Both the position numbers and the translations under genes were made by a program. Shown here piece by piece: positions 55,120 through 64,000 of a stretch of DNA of 64,000 nt. The first letter of the stretch is position 1; the number at the start of each line of letters is the position of its first letter. Source of the stretch: an uncultured Haloferula sp. (GTDB taxonomy: Bacteria; Verrucomicrobiota; Verrucomicrobiia; Verrucomicrobiales; Akkermansiaceae). Under the pieces are notes generated by a model. It was not told where the DNA came from. It saw nothing but the letters and a program-made list of their open reading frames with translations, and made no database searches. Where the stretch lies: assembly GCA_965652295.1 (NCBI GenBank), contig CBFGTS010000003.1:160001-224000 (forward strand). The letters run 5' to 3'.

Positions 55120-55666
55120 CCCGGATCATCTGGAACAGCCGCGCCTTGGCGTAGCGCCAGTGGCGCTCGATCGTCCGCTCACTCACTCCATCCATCGCCG
55201 CGATCTCCTTGTTCGTAAGCCCGCCGAAAAACTTGAGCGACACCACCCGCGCGATGTCCGGCTGATCGGACTCAAGGCGATTCAGCACCTCGTCCACCAT
55301 CAGCACCCGCTGATCCTGACTCGCGTCCGCGACGTCGAACCTCTCCAGATCCGAGGGCCTGACCCCCGCGCCACGTTTCTTCGCGGCCTTCTCCCGTGCC
55401 CGGTCCACCAGAATGCGCCGCATGGCCTGCGCCGCGGTGCGGAAAAAATGCTCGCGATCATTCCAATCCTGCGTCTCGTCGCCTCCCAGCTTCAACCACG
55501 CCTCGTGCACCAGGGCCGTCGGCTGGATCGTCTGCTGGGTCCGCTCGCGCGACATGTTCCGCGCCGCCAGACTACGCAGCTCATCGTAGACCAAGGGCAG
55601 GAGATCGCCGGAAACCGGCCGGCCCGTTGGACTCGAAGCTTTCAGGATATGGGTGATCTTGCTCAA
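55109..55666 (-). CDS. ECF sigma factor (kinase-associated type)
   Basis: LLPLVYDELRSLA, QPTALVHEAW, AMRRILVD, VSERTIERHW; TTG start assumed. Confidence 0.9.
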   Translation of the reverse strand: MSKITHILKASSPTGRPVSGDLLPLVYDELRSLAARNMSRERTQQTIQPTALVHEAWLKLGGDETQDWNDREHFFRTAAQAMRRILVDRAREKAAKKRGAGVRPSDLERFDVADASQDQRVLMVDEVLNRLESDQPDIARVVSLKFFGGLTNKEIAAMDGVSERTIERHWRYAKARLFQMIRDEL

Positions 55667-55911
55667 TGGCTTGGGGATGCCGCACGGCGGAGCTCGATCA
55701 CAGCCTAGCCGCCGCCCCATCCAGGCGGCAATCCCGATCTCCGCCGCCTACTTTTCGGTCCGCTCTGACATCAGGCCCGGCGGCGATCCGACCTCTCCCA
55801 TCGCCCCATATTCGACCCCTTTTCTGCCTTGGCGGAAGCACTGCTTGCTTCGAAAGCGGATCGGGATTAACGGAATAACAACCTCGTCCCGTTCATCCCC
55901 TTTACGAAAAG

Positions 55912-56289
55912 GTGAGTTTTCTCCGTTCCGTCCTCGCACTGCTGCTGGTCTTCCTCATGGGAAGCCCGCTTTGTTGCTGCGCCGCAGGCGGAGGGAATAC
56001 GGAGACGGCTCCCGGGCCGTCCACGTGCTGCAGCCAGACCGGAGGTCAGCCCTCCGACGAACGCGCTCCGGATGATCACGTCTGCCTCTGCAAGTCGAAG
56101 GAACCCCGCGATGTCGGCGAGTTGACAGTCGCGCCGCAGCCACCCCTCTTGCCTCTCCCGCGAGAAGCCGCGGTGGCCGTCCCGCCTCCCGAGGCAAGCC
56201 GCGCCCCCGCGTGCGTCGCCGCCCCCCTCTTCTCCGGTATCGATCCGCCGCGGGCGCTTCTCGCTCGTTTTTCGCGCTGGATCATTTGA
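55912..56289 (+). CDS. Small Cys-rich exported protein
   Basis: Signal then CCC, CC, HVCLC, Pro-rich DPP tail; typical leader gene of metal efflux operons. Confidence 0.55.
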   Translation: MSFLRSVLALLLVFLMGSPLCCCAAGGGNTETAPGPSTCCSQTGGQPSDERAPDDHVCLCKSKEPRDVGELTVAPQPPLLPLPREAAVAVPPPEASRAPACVAAPLFSGIDPPRALLARFSRWII

Positions 56290-56446
56290 TACCCTCGTAG
56301 CGCCCCGACCTTTCCGGAGCAGCGCTCCCTTCACGCATTCCCGCTGCCGGGCATGCATCCCGTCCACGATGGCCCGGCCATCGCTCCTTCGTCGATTTCA
56401 CGAAGGCTCGTATTCTCTCTAACATTCTATCCAATCACCACTCATC

Positions 56447-56731
56447 ATGAAAACCATCCTCATCCTCAGCTCCATGTCCGCCGTTCTCGCCCTCGCCTCG
56501 TGCAGCAAGGACGAAACCACCACCTCGAACCCACCCGCGGGGGCCGAAAGCCCGGCCGCCACCCCCTACCCGCTGGAGGTCTGTCTGGTCTCCGGCGAAG
56601 AACTCGGCTCGATGGGCGAGCCCCATGTCATCGTCCACGAAGGACAGGAGATCCGTTTCTGCTGCGAGCAGTGCGAACCGAAGTTCAAAGCAAATCCCGA
56701 GAAATACCTCTCGCAGCTCGCAAACCCCTGA
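56447..56731 (+). CDS. YHS/TRASH-like metal-binding lipoprotein
   Basis: LASC lipobox; CLVSGEELGSMG...FCCEQC...PEKY. Confidence 0.8.
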   Translation: MKTILILSSMSAVLALASCSKDETTTSNPPAGAESPAATPYPLEVCLVSGEELGSMGEPHVIVHEGQEIRFCCEQCEPKFKANPEKYLSQLANP

Positions 56732-56772
56732 ACCTCCAACCCGGGGGCTCTCCGGTTCCCTATCCGCAACCG

Positions 56773-58083
56773 ATGAGACCAATCATTCTGATGCTGGGCG
56801 CTGGCCTGCTGCTACCCGCCTGTACGACCGCGCCGGATTCGGCACCCGGGAAATCCGTGACGCTCATCCCCGCCCCACCAAGCGGTGCCGTGAGCTACGG
56901 AGTGCCGGGCAACGCCGGTCCGGAGGAACTCGCCCGCCTTGCGATGCGCCATCATCCGTCGATCGCCGCCGCCCGGCACCGGGCCGAGCGCCTTGAGGCC
57001 AAGGCTCCGCAGGAGCGGTCGCTGCCGGATCCCAGCATCGAGGTGGCGGCCGGTTCCATGGCCGAGACGGCCGCCGGTCGGATGCAGGCGATGGGTGGGG
57101 TGAAGCAGAAGATTCCCTTCCCGGGAAAACGTCGGGAGGCGGCCGCGGCCGCCGAGCGCGAGGCCGCCGCAGCACGGGCGGAGATCGCGGCGCTCGAACT
57201 CAAGCTCACCGAGCAGGTCCACGCCGCCTGGTGGGACCTCTACCTCGCCCACCGGACCCTCGAACTCACCGGCGAAAGTCGCTCGGTTCTGGGAGCCGTG
57301 CGCGAAACGGTCGATGCCCGCGTCGCCGCGGATCAGGCCAATCAAGCGGACCAGCTGCAGCTTTCCAACGAGCTGGCCATGATCGACTCCGACCTCGCCG
57401 CCGCCCGCCAGCTCCAGGCCAGTGCGCGGGCGCGGCTCAATTCCCTGCTCAACCGGCCGGCCGGGGCATCCCTGCCGCCACCACGCGAGGTCGCGATTCC
57501 CAGCTCCGGCAGCTTGGAACACCTGCTGGCCACCGCCCAGGCACATCACCCGGAGGTCGCCGCTGCCGAGCAGCGGGCCAATGCCTTCCGTCACCGGCTG
57601 AAGCGTGCGGAGCTTGAGAAGTTCCCCGATTTCACCGCAGGGATCACAGGTGCCGCGGTTTCGGATTCCGGGCTCTCGCGCATGGCCAACGGCCGCGATC
57701 AGGTCTACGCGACCCTCGGCGTGAACATCCCGCTGTGGCAGGAGCCCCGCAAGGCGATGATCCGCGAGGCACGGGAAGGCATGGCGGAAACCGAAGCCAT
57801 GATCGCCAGCACCCGCTCCGATCTCCGCTACCGGGTGGAAGAGGCCTGGTTCCGCGCCAAAACCGCGCGCGAGGTGGCCGATCTTTTCCAGACCCGTCTC
57901 GTCCCGGACGCCCGACAGGCCTACGACGTGACCCTGACGGGCTACAGCGCCGGCAGCCGCGATTTCAACGATTTGATCGAAACCTGGCGGCAACACCTCG
58001 CCTACCGCCTCCAACTCGCCCGCAACCAAGCCCAGCTCGGCAAGGCCACCGCCACCCTCCGGGCCGCCGCCGGCATCCGGTAA
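56773..58083 (+). CDS. TolC/CusC-like outer-membrane efflux protein
   Basis: LPAC lipobox; two OEP repeats (QKIPFPGK, VNIPLW). Confidence 0.85.
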   Translation: MRPIILMLGAGLLLPACTTAPDSAPGKSVTLIPAPPSGAVSYGVPGNAGPEELARLAMRHHPSIAAARHRAERLEAKAPQERSLPDPSIEVAAGSMAETAAGRMQAMGGVKQKIPFPGKRREAAAAAEREAAAARAEIAALELKLTEQVHAAWWDLYLAHRTLELTGESRSVLGAVRETVDARVAADQANQADQLQLSNELAMIDSDLAAARQLQASARARLNSLLNRPAGASLPPPREVAIPSSGSLEHLLATAQAHHPEVAAAEQRANAFRHRLKRAELEKFPDFTAGITGAAVSDSGLSRMANGRDQVYATLGVNIPLWQEPRKAMIREAREGMAETEAMIASTRSDLRYRVEEAWFRAKTAREVADLFQTRLVPDARQAYDVTLTGYSAGSRDFNDLIETWRQHLAYRLQLARNQAQLGKATATLRAAAGIR

Positions 58084-58092
58084 CACCTTCCC

Positions 58093-60327
58093 ATGAAAAC
58101 TCCCGTCGTGTCTCAACGCGTGAAACGCGCCTCGCGCAAACTGGCAGCCCTCGCCCTGCCTCTGCTCTTGTTCTTCGCCGGCTGGTGGTTCGGCCTGCCG
58201 CCGTCGGAAAAAGACGATGGCAGCGACCCGGCCGCCGGCACTGGAACGATCTGGACCTGCTCCATGCACCCGCAGATCCGGCAACCGAATTCGGGCCTGT
58301 GCCCGATCTGCAACATGGACCTGATCCCGCTGACGGACGACGCCGGCGGGGGCCTGCGCGAAGTCACGGTGAGCCCCGAGGCCGCCGCTTTGCTCGACCT
58401 CCGGGTGGCCCCGGTCGTCCGGGCACCCGCCGAGGCGGAAGTCCACCTCTTCGGCCGAATCGACTACGACGAGCGTGGCGTCACCACCATCACGTCACGC
58501 GTCGCCGGGCGGCTCGACCGCTTGTTCGTCGATTTCACCGGTGCGCGGGTGCGGAAAGGAGATCACCTCGCGGAAATCTACTCGCCCGACCTGCTCGTGG
58601 CCCAACGCGAGTTGATCGAAGCCAGTCGGGCGTTCGAGGCGCTGAATGGAGCTTCCTCCGCCGTCAAGGACACCCGCCGGCGCTTGCTCGAAGCCGCCCG
58701 GGAAAAACTCCGGTTGCTCCAGTTCACCGAAGAGCAGGTGCTCCAGATCGAGAACTCCGCCCAACCCACCGATCATCTCACGCTCTACGCCCCGCAGTCC
58801 GGCATCGTCACCGAAAAGTTCGCCTCGGAAGGCCAGTACGTGAACACCGGCGATCCGCTTTTCAAAGTGGCCGACCTCTCCACCGTGTGGCTTGAGCTGG
58901 AAGCCTACGAGGCCGATCTGACATGGCTGCGTTACGGTCAGGACGTCGCTTTTTCCGTCGAAGCCCTCCCGGGTCGCACCTTTCACGGCCGCATCGCCTT
59001 CATCGATCCGGAGATCGATCCGATGCGCCGGGTCGCGCGGGTCCGGGTGAACGTGAAAAACGACGACCTGGCGCTCAAGCCCGGGATGTTCGCCCAGGCG
59101 GTCGTCCACTCGACCATGACCGCGAATGGCAACGTGCTGGACCCCTCGCTGCGGGGCAAATGGATCAGCCCGATGCACCCCGAGATCATCAAGGACGGAC
59201 CCGGCCAGTGCGACATCTGCGGCATGGACCTGGTGCCTGCCGAGCAGCTGGGTTTCATCCCCTCCGCCGAGTCGTCTCCGAACCCCTTGCTGGTGCCCGC
59301 CTCGGCGGTCCTCAGGACCGGGGAGCGCGCCGTCGTTTACGTCCGCACCGGAACCGACGCAGGCCCCACCTTCGAGGGTCGGGAAATCGTGACCGGTCCC
59401 CGAGTCGGCAACCAGTTCATCGTCGAGGCCGGGCTGGAGGAAGGTGAGCTGGTCGTCGCGCGCGGTGCCTTCAAGCTCGATTCCGAACTCCAGATCAAGG
59501 CCAAGCCCTCGATGATGAACCCCAACGCGGGACTCGAGGAACGCCCGGCGGGTAGCGCACCCGACGAGCTGGCCGGTCAGTGGGCTCCCGTTCCACGACT
59601 CCTTTTCCGCTTCATGGAAGATCCGGACCTCCAGGGAATCGATGCCCTCTCGTCGCTCGTGCGGGGAGTGGACGTGGATTCACTCCAACCCGACGACCTC
59701 AATCTCTGGAATGAATTTTCCCAACGTCTGCTCAACGACCTGACCGTGGCCGCCGACGAACTCGATGCCACCCCGCAGGCCGCGGCAAGGCGCGTCGCCC
59801 GGGCCGTGGAAAACGCCGGCCGACACCTCGGCCTGCCCTATCAACCCCAGCCGACTCCCTCCGCCGATCCGTCGCAGGCGGCCTCGCTGCGCAAGGCCGT
59901 CGCTGCCTACCTGCCCGTCGCGCAGGCCTTGGCCGCCGACGATGACGCGGAGGCCCGACAAGCCGCGCGAGACCTCGTCCCGGCGGTCCCCACCGACCTC
60001 CGTCCCCTCGCCGAAGCCGTGGCCGACGCCGCCGATCTCAAATCCCGCCGCGCCGCCTTCAAACCCTTGAGCGACGCCCTCATCGCCCGCATCCGCGAGG
60101 GCGGGATCGATGCCGTCGGCAACGCTTACATCGTCCACTGCCCGATGGCCTTCGGCAATCAAGGGGCCGACTGGATCTCCGACGAACCTGTGGTCCTCAA
60201 TCCCTACTACGGCGACGCCATGCTCACCTGCGGCAGCGTGACCGACACGCTCTCCGTAGAGTCCACATCCGCGCCGGAAAACTCCGCGAAACCCCAGAAG
60301 CCCGAACGCAAGAACACCGATCACTAG
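58093..60327 (+). CDS. CusB-like RND adaptor with heavy-metal-binding and DUF3347-like domains
   Basis: WTCSMHPQI...CPICNMDL, PMHP...CDICGMDL, LKPGMF, HCPMAF...NPYYG..MLTCG. Confidence 0.88.
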   Translation: MKTPVVSQRVKRASRKLAALALPLLLFFAGWWFGLPPSEKDDGSDPAAGTGTIWTCSMHPQIRQPNSGLCPICNMDLIPLTDDAGGGLREVTVSPEAAALLDLRVAPVVRAPAEAEVHLFGRIDYDERGVTTITSRVAGRLDRLFVDFTGARVRKGDHLAEIYSPDLLVAQRELIEASRAFEALNGASSAVKDTRRRLLEAAREKLRLLQFTEEQVLQIENSAQPTDHLTLYAPQSGIVTEKFASEGQYVNTGDPLFKVADLSTVWLELEAYEADLTWLRYGQDVAFSVEALPGRTFHGRIAFIDPEIDPMRRVARVRVNVKNDDLALKPGMFAQAVVHSTMTANGNVLDPSLRGKWISPMHPEIIKDGPGQCDICGMDLVPAEQLGFIPSAESSPNPLLVPASAVLRTGERAVVYVRTGTDAGPTFEGREIVTGPRVGNQFIVEAGLEEGELVVARGAFKLDSELQIKAKPSMMNPNAGLEERPAGSAPDELAGQWAPVPRLLFRFMEDPDLQGIDALSSLVRGVDVDSLQPDDLNLWNEFSQRLLNDLTVAADELDATPQAAARRVARAVENAGRHLGLPYQPQPTPSADPSQAASLRKAVAAYLPVAQALAADDDAEARQAARDLVPAVPTDLRPLAEAVADAADLKSRRAAFKPLSDALIARIREGGIDAVGNAYIVHCPMAFGNQGADWISDEPVVLNPYYGDAMLTCGSVTDTLSVESTSAPENSAKPQKPERKNTDH

Positions 60328-60351
60328 TCACCGGTTACCGATCATTCCGCG

Positions 60352-63300
60352 ATGAACCGCCTCATCCATTTCTGCCTTCATCAGAAGCTGGTCGTCCTGT
60401 TGCTGCTGATCTTCTTCATCGGCTGGGGAGTTCGCGTCGCGCCCTTCGACTGGGACACCGGCGGCTACCCGCGCGACCCCGTCGCGGTCGATGCCATCCC
60501 CGACCTCGGCGACAATCAACAGATCGTTTACACCGATTGGCCCGGCCGCTCGCCGCAGGACATCGAGGACCAGGTGACGTATCCGCTCACCGTCGCGCTG
60601 CTGGGCGTGCCCGGTGTCCGGGAAGTCCGCTCCTTCTCGATGTTCGGCAGCTCCTACATCTATCTGATCTTCGAGGAGGATGTGGAGTTCTACTGGAGTC
60701 GCAGTCGTGTGCTGGAAAAACTCAACTCACTGCCCGCCGGACTTCTCCCCGAAACGGTCGTGCCCACGCTCGGACCCGATGCCACCGGCCTCGGGCAGGT
60801 GTTCTGGTATGTGCTGGAGGGCCGCGATCCCGAGGGAAATCCGGTCGGCGGATGGGACCCGGACGAACTCCGCGCCATCCAGGACTGGCAGGTCCGCTAC
60901 GCCCTGCTCGCCTCCGGCGGCGTGGCCGAGGTCGCGTCCATCGGCGGCTACCAGCGGCAATATCAGGTCGATGTCGACCCGGACCGGCTCCGCGCCCACA
61001 ACGTCACCCTCGCCCAAGTCGTCGATGCCGTGCGCAAATCGAATCAGGAGATCGGCGCGCGCAACCTCGCCGTCAACGGGGTCGAGTATTTCCTTCGCGG
61101 CACCGGTTACATCGAGGATGTCGCCGACATCGAGAAGGCCGTCGTCGCCGTCCGCGGAAACACCGCGATCACCGTGAAGGAAGTCGCCGCCGTCACCCTT
61201 GGCCCGGCGATGCGGCGCGGCGCGCTCGACGTCAACGGCGCGGACGCCACCGGCGGAGTGGTCGTCGCCCGCTTCGGCGCCAACCCGCTCGCCACCATCA
61301 AGGCGACCAAGGCGAAGCTCAAAGACCTGGAAACCTCCTTGCCGGTCCGCGCCGTGATTGATTGGGAAAAGGTGGATTCCGAACAGGCCCGCGATTTCGC
61401 ACAACGACAGGGGATCGAGCCCGCCTTCGATGATGCCGGCACTCCCGACGAGGCGGCATGGCTCGATTTCACCCGCCGCACACCGCGCGCCGAATGGCCC
61501 GACTGGCTGACCACCTCCAAGGTGACCGTGGTCCCGTTCTACGACCGCTCGAAGCTCATCGACGAAACGCTCAATACCCTCGACGAAGCACTCTATCAAC
61601 AGGTGCTCGTGACCATCCTCGTGGTCATCGTGATGGTCCTCCATCTCCGCACCAGCCTGCTCATTTCCGCGATGCTGCCGCTGGCCGTGCTGATCACCTT
61701 CATCACCATGAAGCTCGCGGGCGTCGATGCCAACGTCGTCGCCCTCGCCGGCATTGCCATCGCCATCGGCACGGTCGTCGATGTCGGTATCGTGCTCACG
61801 GAGAACATCCTCAAGCACCTCGATGAAGCCGACCCCGGAGAATCCATCGCCTCCGTGATCTACCGGGCCGTCACCGAGGTCGCCAGCGCGGTGACCACCT
61901 CGGTCCTGACGACGGTGATCAGCTTCCTGCCCGTCTTCACCATGACCGGCGAGGCCGGACGTCTCTTCAAGCCGCTGGCCTTCACCAAAACCTTCGCCCT
62001 GATTGCCTCGATCGTCGTCGCTCTGACCATCATCCCACCGGTCGCGCATCTGCTCTTCGGCTCGTTTCCGAAACTCTTCCGCAGCCGTCGGGGGCTGTCT
62101 TCCGGGTTGCTCGCCGCCGCCGGAGTCATCGCCTTCGCCTTCTCCGTCCTACTGGCGGTCGCGCTGTGGGTGCTCGCCGCAGGGATCGCCATCGATCCCT
62201 TCGTCCGCGGCAAGGTCCGCAGAGGTTTCGTCCTCGGCGTCAACTGGATTGCCGCGCTGACGGTGGTGATCTTTCTCACCATCGACTGGATGCCGCTCGG
62301 TCTCGACCGCAGCACGCTGGAGAACGTCTTCTTCGTGGTCCTCGTCGTCGGCGGACTGCTGCTCGCTTTCAAGGGCTTCGAGGTGATCTATCCGCGCGTC
62401 CTCGCATGGTGTCTCGCGCACAAAGCGACCTTCCTCGTGCTGCCCGTCGGCCTTCTTGTCTTCGGACTCAGCGTGCTGGTCGGTTTCCCGAAACTCTTCG
62501 GCTTCATGCCGCGCATGTTCGGCCAAGGCATCGCCGAAACCCGCCTCTGGCAAAGCGCCGCGGAAAAAATCCCCGGTCTCGGTCAGGAATTCCGCCCGCC
62601 TCTGGACGAAGGCTCTTTCCTCTACATGCCGACGGTCAGCCCGCATGCCTCCATCGACGAGGCCATGAACTTTCTGCGCCAGACCGACGCCGCCATCGCC
62701 GCCATCCCCGAAGTCGAACGGGTCGTCGGCAAGATCGGACGAGTCGATTCCCCGCTCGATCCCGCACCCATCTCGATGATCGAGACGGTGATCAATTATG
62801 TTTCCGAGTACCGCACCGACGAGAAAGGGAGGGTTCTGAGATTCCGCACCGACGACGAGGGCAACTTCCTCTACGACGAGAGCGGCAACCTGATCGAAGA
62901 CCGTCGCGGCCAACCCTTCCGACAATGGCGTCCGGAGATCCGCACCCCCGAGGACATCTGGGCGAAAATCGACGAAGCCACCCGCATCCCCGGCATCACC
63001 GGAGCGCCCAAGCTCCAGCCCATCGAGACCCGCCTGGTGATGCTGCGAACCGGCATGCGCGCGCCGATGGGGCTCAAGATCAAAGGCGAATCCCTCGAAG
63101 AAATCGAATCCTTCGGCCTGCAGGTCGAGAAGCTCCTGCGCAGTGGCGAAGTCGAGGGCCTCGCGCCCGCCACCGTCAATGCCGACCGCATCGTCGGCAA
63201 ACCCTACCTTGAGATCGAACCCGACCGCGAGGCCGCCTCACGCTACGGACTCAACATCGCCGACATCCACGACACCGTCCAAACCGCGATCGGCGGGCGG

Positions 63301-64000
63301 ATCGTCAGCACGACCGTGGAAGGGCGGGAGCGCTTCGGCGTGCAGGTCCGCTACGCCCGCGAAGCCCGCGACACGCAGGAGGCGCTCGGTCGGGTGCTCG
63401 TCACCGCCCGCGACGGTGCCCAGGTGCCGCTCTCGCAACTGGCGAAAATCGACTATGTCCGTGGCCCTCAGGTCATCAAAGCGGAGGATACCTTCCTCAC
63501 CGGCTACGTCACTTTCGGCTCGGAGCCAGGCTACGCGGAAGTCGATGTCGTCCAGGCGGCCAAGGATTTCCTCGAACAGGCCGAACGCGACGGACGCCTC
63601 AAACGAACGCCCGGCATCCGCTACGATTTCGCCGGGAACTACGAGTCGGCCCTCGAATTCAACCGCACCCTCTGGACCATGGTGCCCCTCGCCCTCGGCG
63701 CGATCTTCATCCTGCTCTACCTCGACAACCGCTCGGTCACCACGACCCTCATCGTGTTCTCCGGCGTGGCGGTGGCGTGGTCCGGCGGCTTTCTTCTCCT
63801 CTGGCTCTACGGCCGCCCGGACTTCCTGGATATCGAGCTTTTCGGGCACAACCTGCGCCAGCTCTTCCAGGTCTCTCCGATCAATCTCTCGACCGCCGTC
63901 TGGGTCGGCTTTCTCGCCCTCTTCGGCATCGCCACCGACGATGGCGTCGTCATGTCCACCTATCTCCGCCAGCGGTTTGCGGAGCTGAAACCCCAAGGAC
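60352..64000 (+). CDS. cusA: CusA/CzcA-family RND permease (3' truncated)
   Basis: Manual translation: DAIPDLGDNQQIVYTDWPGRSPQDIEDQVTYPLT, GIAIAIGTVVD, LFKPLAFTKT, PPLDEGSFLYMP, GFLALFGIATDDGV; open to window end. Confidence 0.88.
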   Translation, partial: MNRLIHFCLHQKLVVLLLLIFFIGWGVRVAPFDWDTGGYPRDPVAVDAIPDLGDNQQIVYTDWPGRSPQDIEDQVTYPLTVALLGVPGVREVRSFSMFGSSYIYLIFEEDVEFYWSRSRVLEKLNSLPAGLLPETVVPTLGPDATGLGQVFWYVLEGRDPEGNPVGGWDPDELRAIQDWQVRYALLASGGVAEVASIGGYQRQYQVDVDPDRLRAHNVTLAQVVDAVRKSNQEIGARNLAVNGVEYFLRGTGYIEDVADIEKAVVAVRGNTAITVKEVAAVTLGPAMRRGALDVNGADATGGVVVARFGANPLATIKATKAKLKDLETSLPVRAVIDWEKVDSEQARDFAQRQGIEPAFDDAGTPDEAAWLDFTRRTPRAEWPDWLTTSKVTVVPFYDRSKLIDETLNTLDEALYQQVLVTILVVIVMVLHLRTSLLISAMLPLAVLITFITMKLAGVDANVVALAGIAIAIGTVVDVGIVLTENILKHLDEADPGESIASVIYRAVTEVASAVTTSVLTTVISFLPVFTMTGEAGRLFKPLAFTKTFALIASIVVALTIIPPVAHLLFGSFPKLFRSRRGLSSGLLAAAGVIAFAFSVLLAVALWVLAAGIAIDPFVRGKVRRGFVLGVNWIAALTVVIFLTIDWMPLGLDRSTLENVFFVVLVVGGLLLAFKGFEVIYPRVLAWCLAHKATFLVLPVGLLVFGLSVLVGFPKLFGFMPRMFGQGIAETRLWQSAAEKIPGLGQEFRPPLDEGSFLYMPTVSPHASIDEAMNFLRQTDAAIAAIPEVERVVGKIGRVDSPLDPAPISMIETVINYVSEYRTDEKGRVLRFRTDDEGNFLYDESGNLIEDRRGQPFRQWRPEIRTPEDIWAKIDEATRIPGITGAPKLQPIETRLVMLRTGMRAPMGLKIKGESLEEIESFGLQVEKLLRSGEVEGLAPATVNADRIVGKPYLEIEPDREAASRYGLNIADIHDTVQTAIGGRIVSTTVEGRERFGVQVRYAREARDTQEALGRVLVTARDGAQVPLSQLAKIDYVRGPQVIKAEDTFLTGYVTFGSEPGYAEVDVVQAAKDFLEQAERDGRLKRTPGIRYDFAGNYESALEFNRTLWTMVPLALGAIFILLYLDNRSVTTTLIVFSGVAVAWSGGFLLLWLYGRPDFLDIELFGHNLRQLFQVSPINLSTAVWVGFLALFGIATDDGVVMSTYLRQRFAELKPQG

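Noticed and set aside
55912..64000. Metal efflux operon as a novel system
   Set aside because: Conventional CusCBA-type organisation with common accessory genes

Overview
High-GC bacterial window whose gene content (PEP-CTERM protein, ECF sigma/Ser-Thr kinase pair, C/A-rich leaders without SD) suggests a verrucomicrobium; this is an inference. It has four blocks. (1) 1-20 kb is redox, nitrogen and stress cargo. It includes a periplasmic nitrate reductase operon (napD-napA-tetraheme napB-napF-like, followed by a truncated haemoglobin) with no napC/napGH. Facing it is a divergent multiheme cytochrome/NrfC/NrfD/Rrf2 operon, followed by GST, MarR-ClC-CPA2 and a Cys/Met PLP enzyme. (2) ~20.3-34.8 kb is a mobile-looking island abutting the 3' end of tRNA-Leu(UAA). 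Its + strand carries a cassette (Cas4-like PD-(D/E)XK nuclease, DUF3150-, DUF1257- and DUF2997-like proteins, Ycf46-type AAA ATPase, WGR-DNA ligase) whose genes are preceded by related hairpins. Its - strand carries an excisionase-like HTH, then a group II intron-type RT with a canonical domain V RNA but no canonical splice ends, then a second HTH protein. (3) 34.9-55.7 kb is core-like: pseudopilin-like genes, secreted proteins behind a ~220-nt structured leader, mutL, an iscA-like gene, and an ECF sigma + kinase next to two paralogous secreted proteins that share a promoter-like motif. (4) 55.9-64 kb is a CusCBA-type metal efflux operon truncated by the window end. Family names come from motif recognition only; no searches were run.
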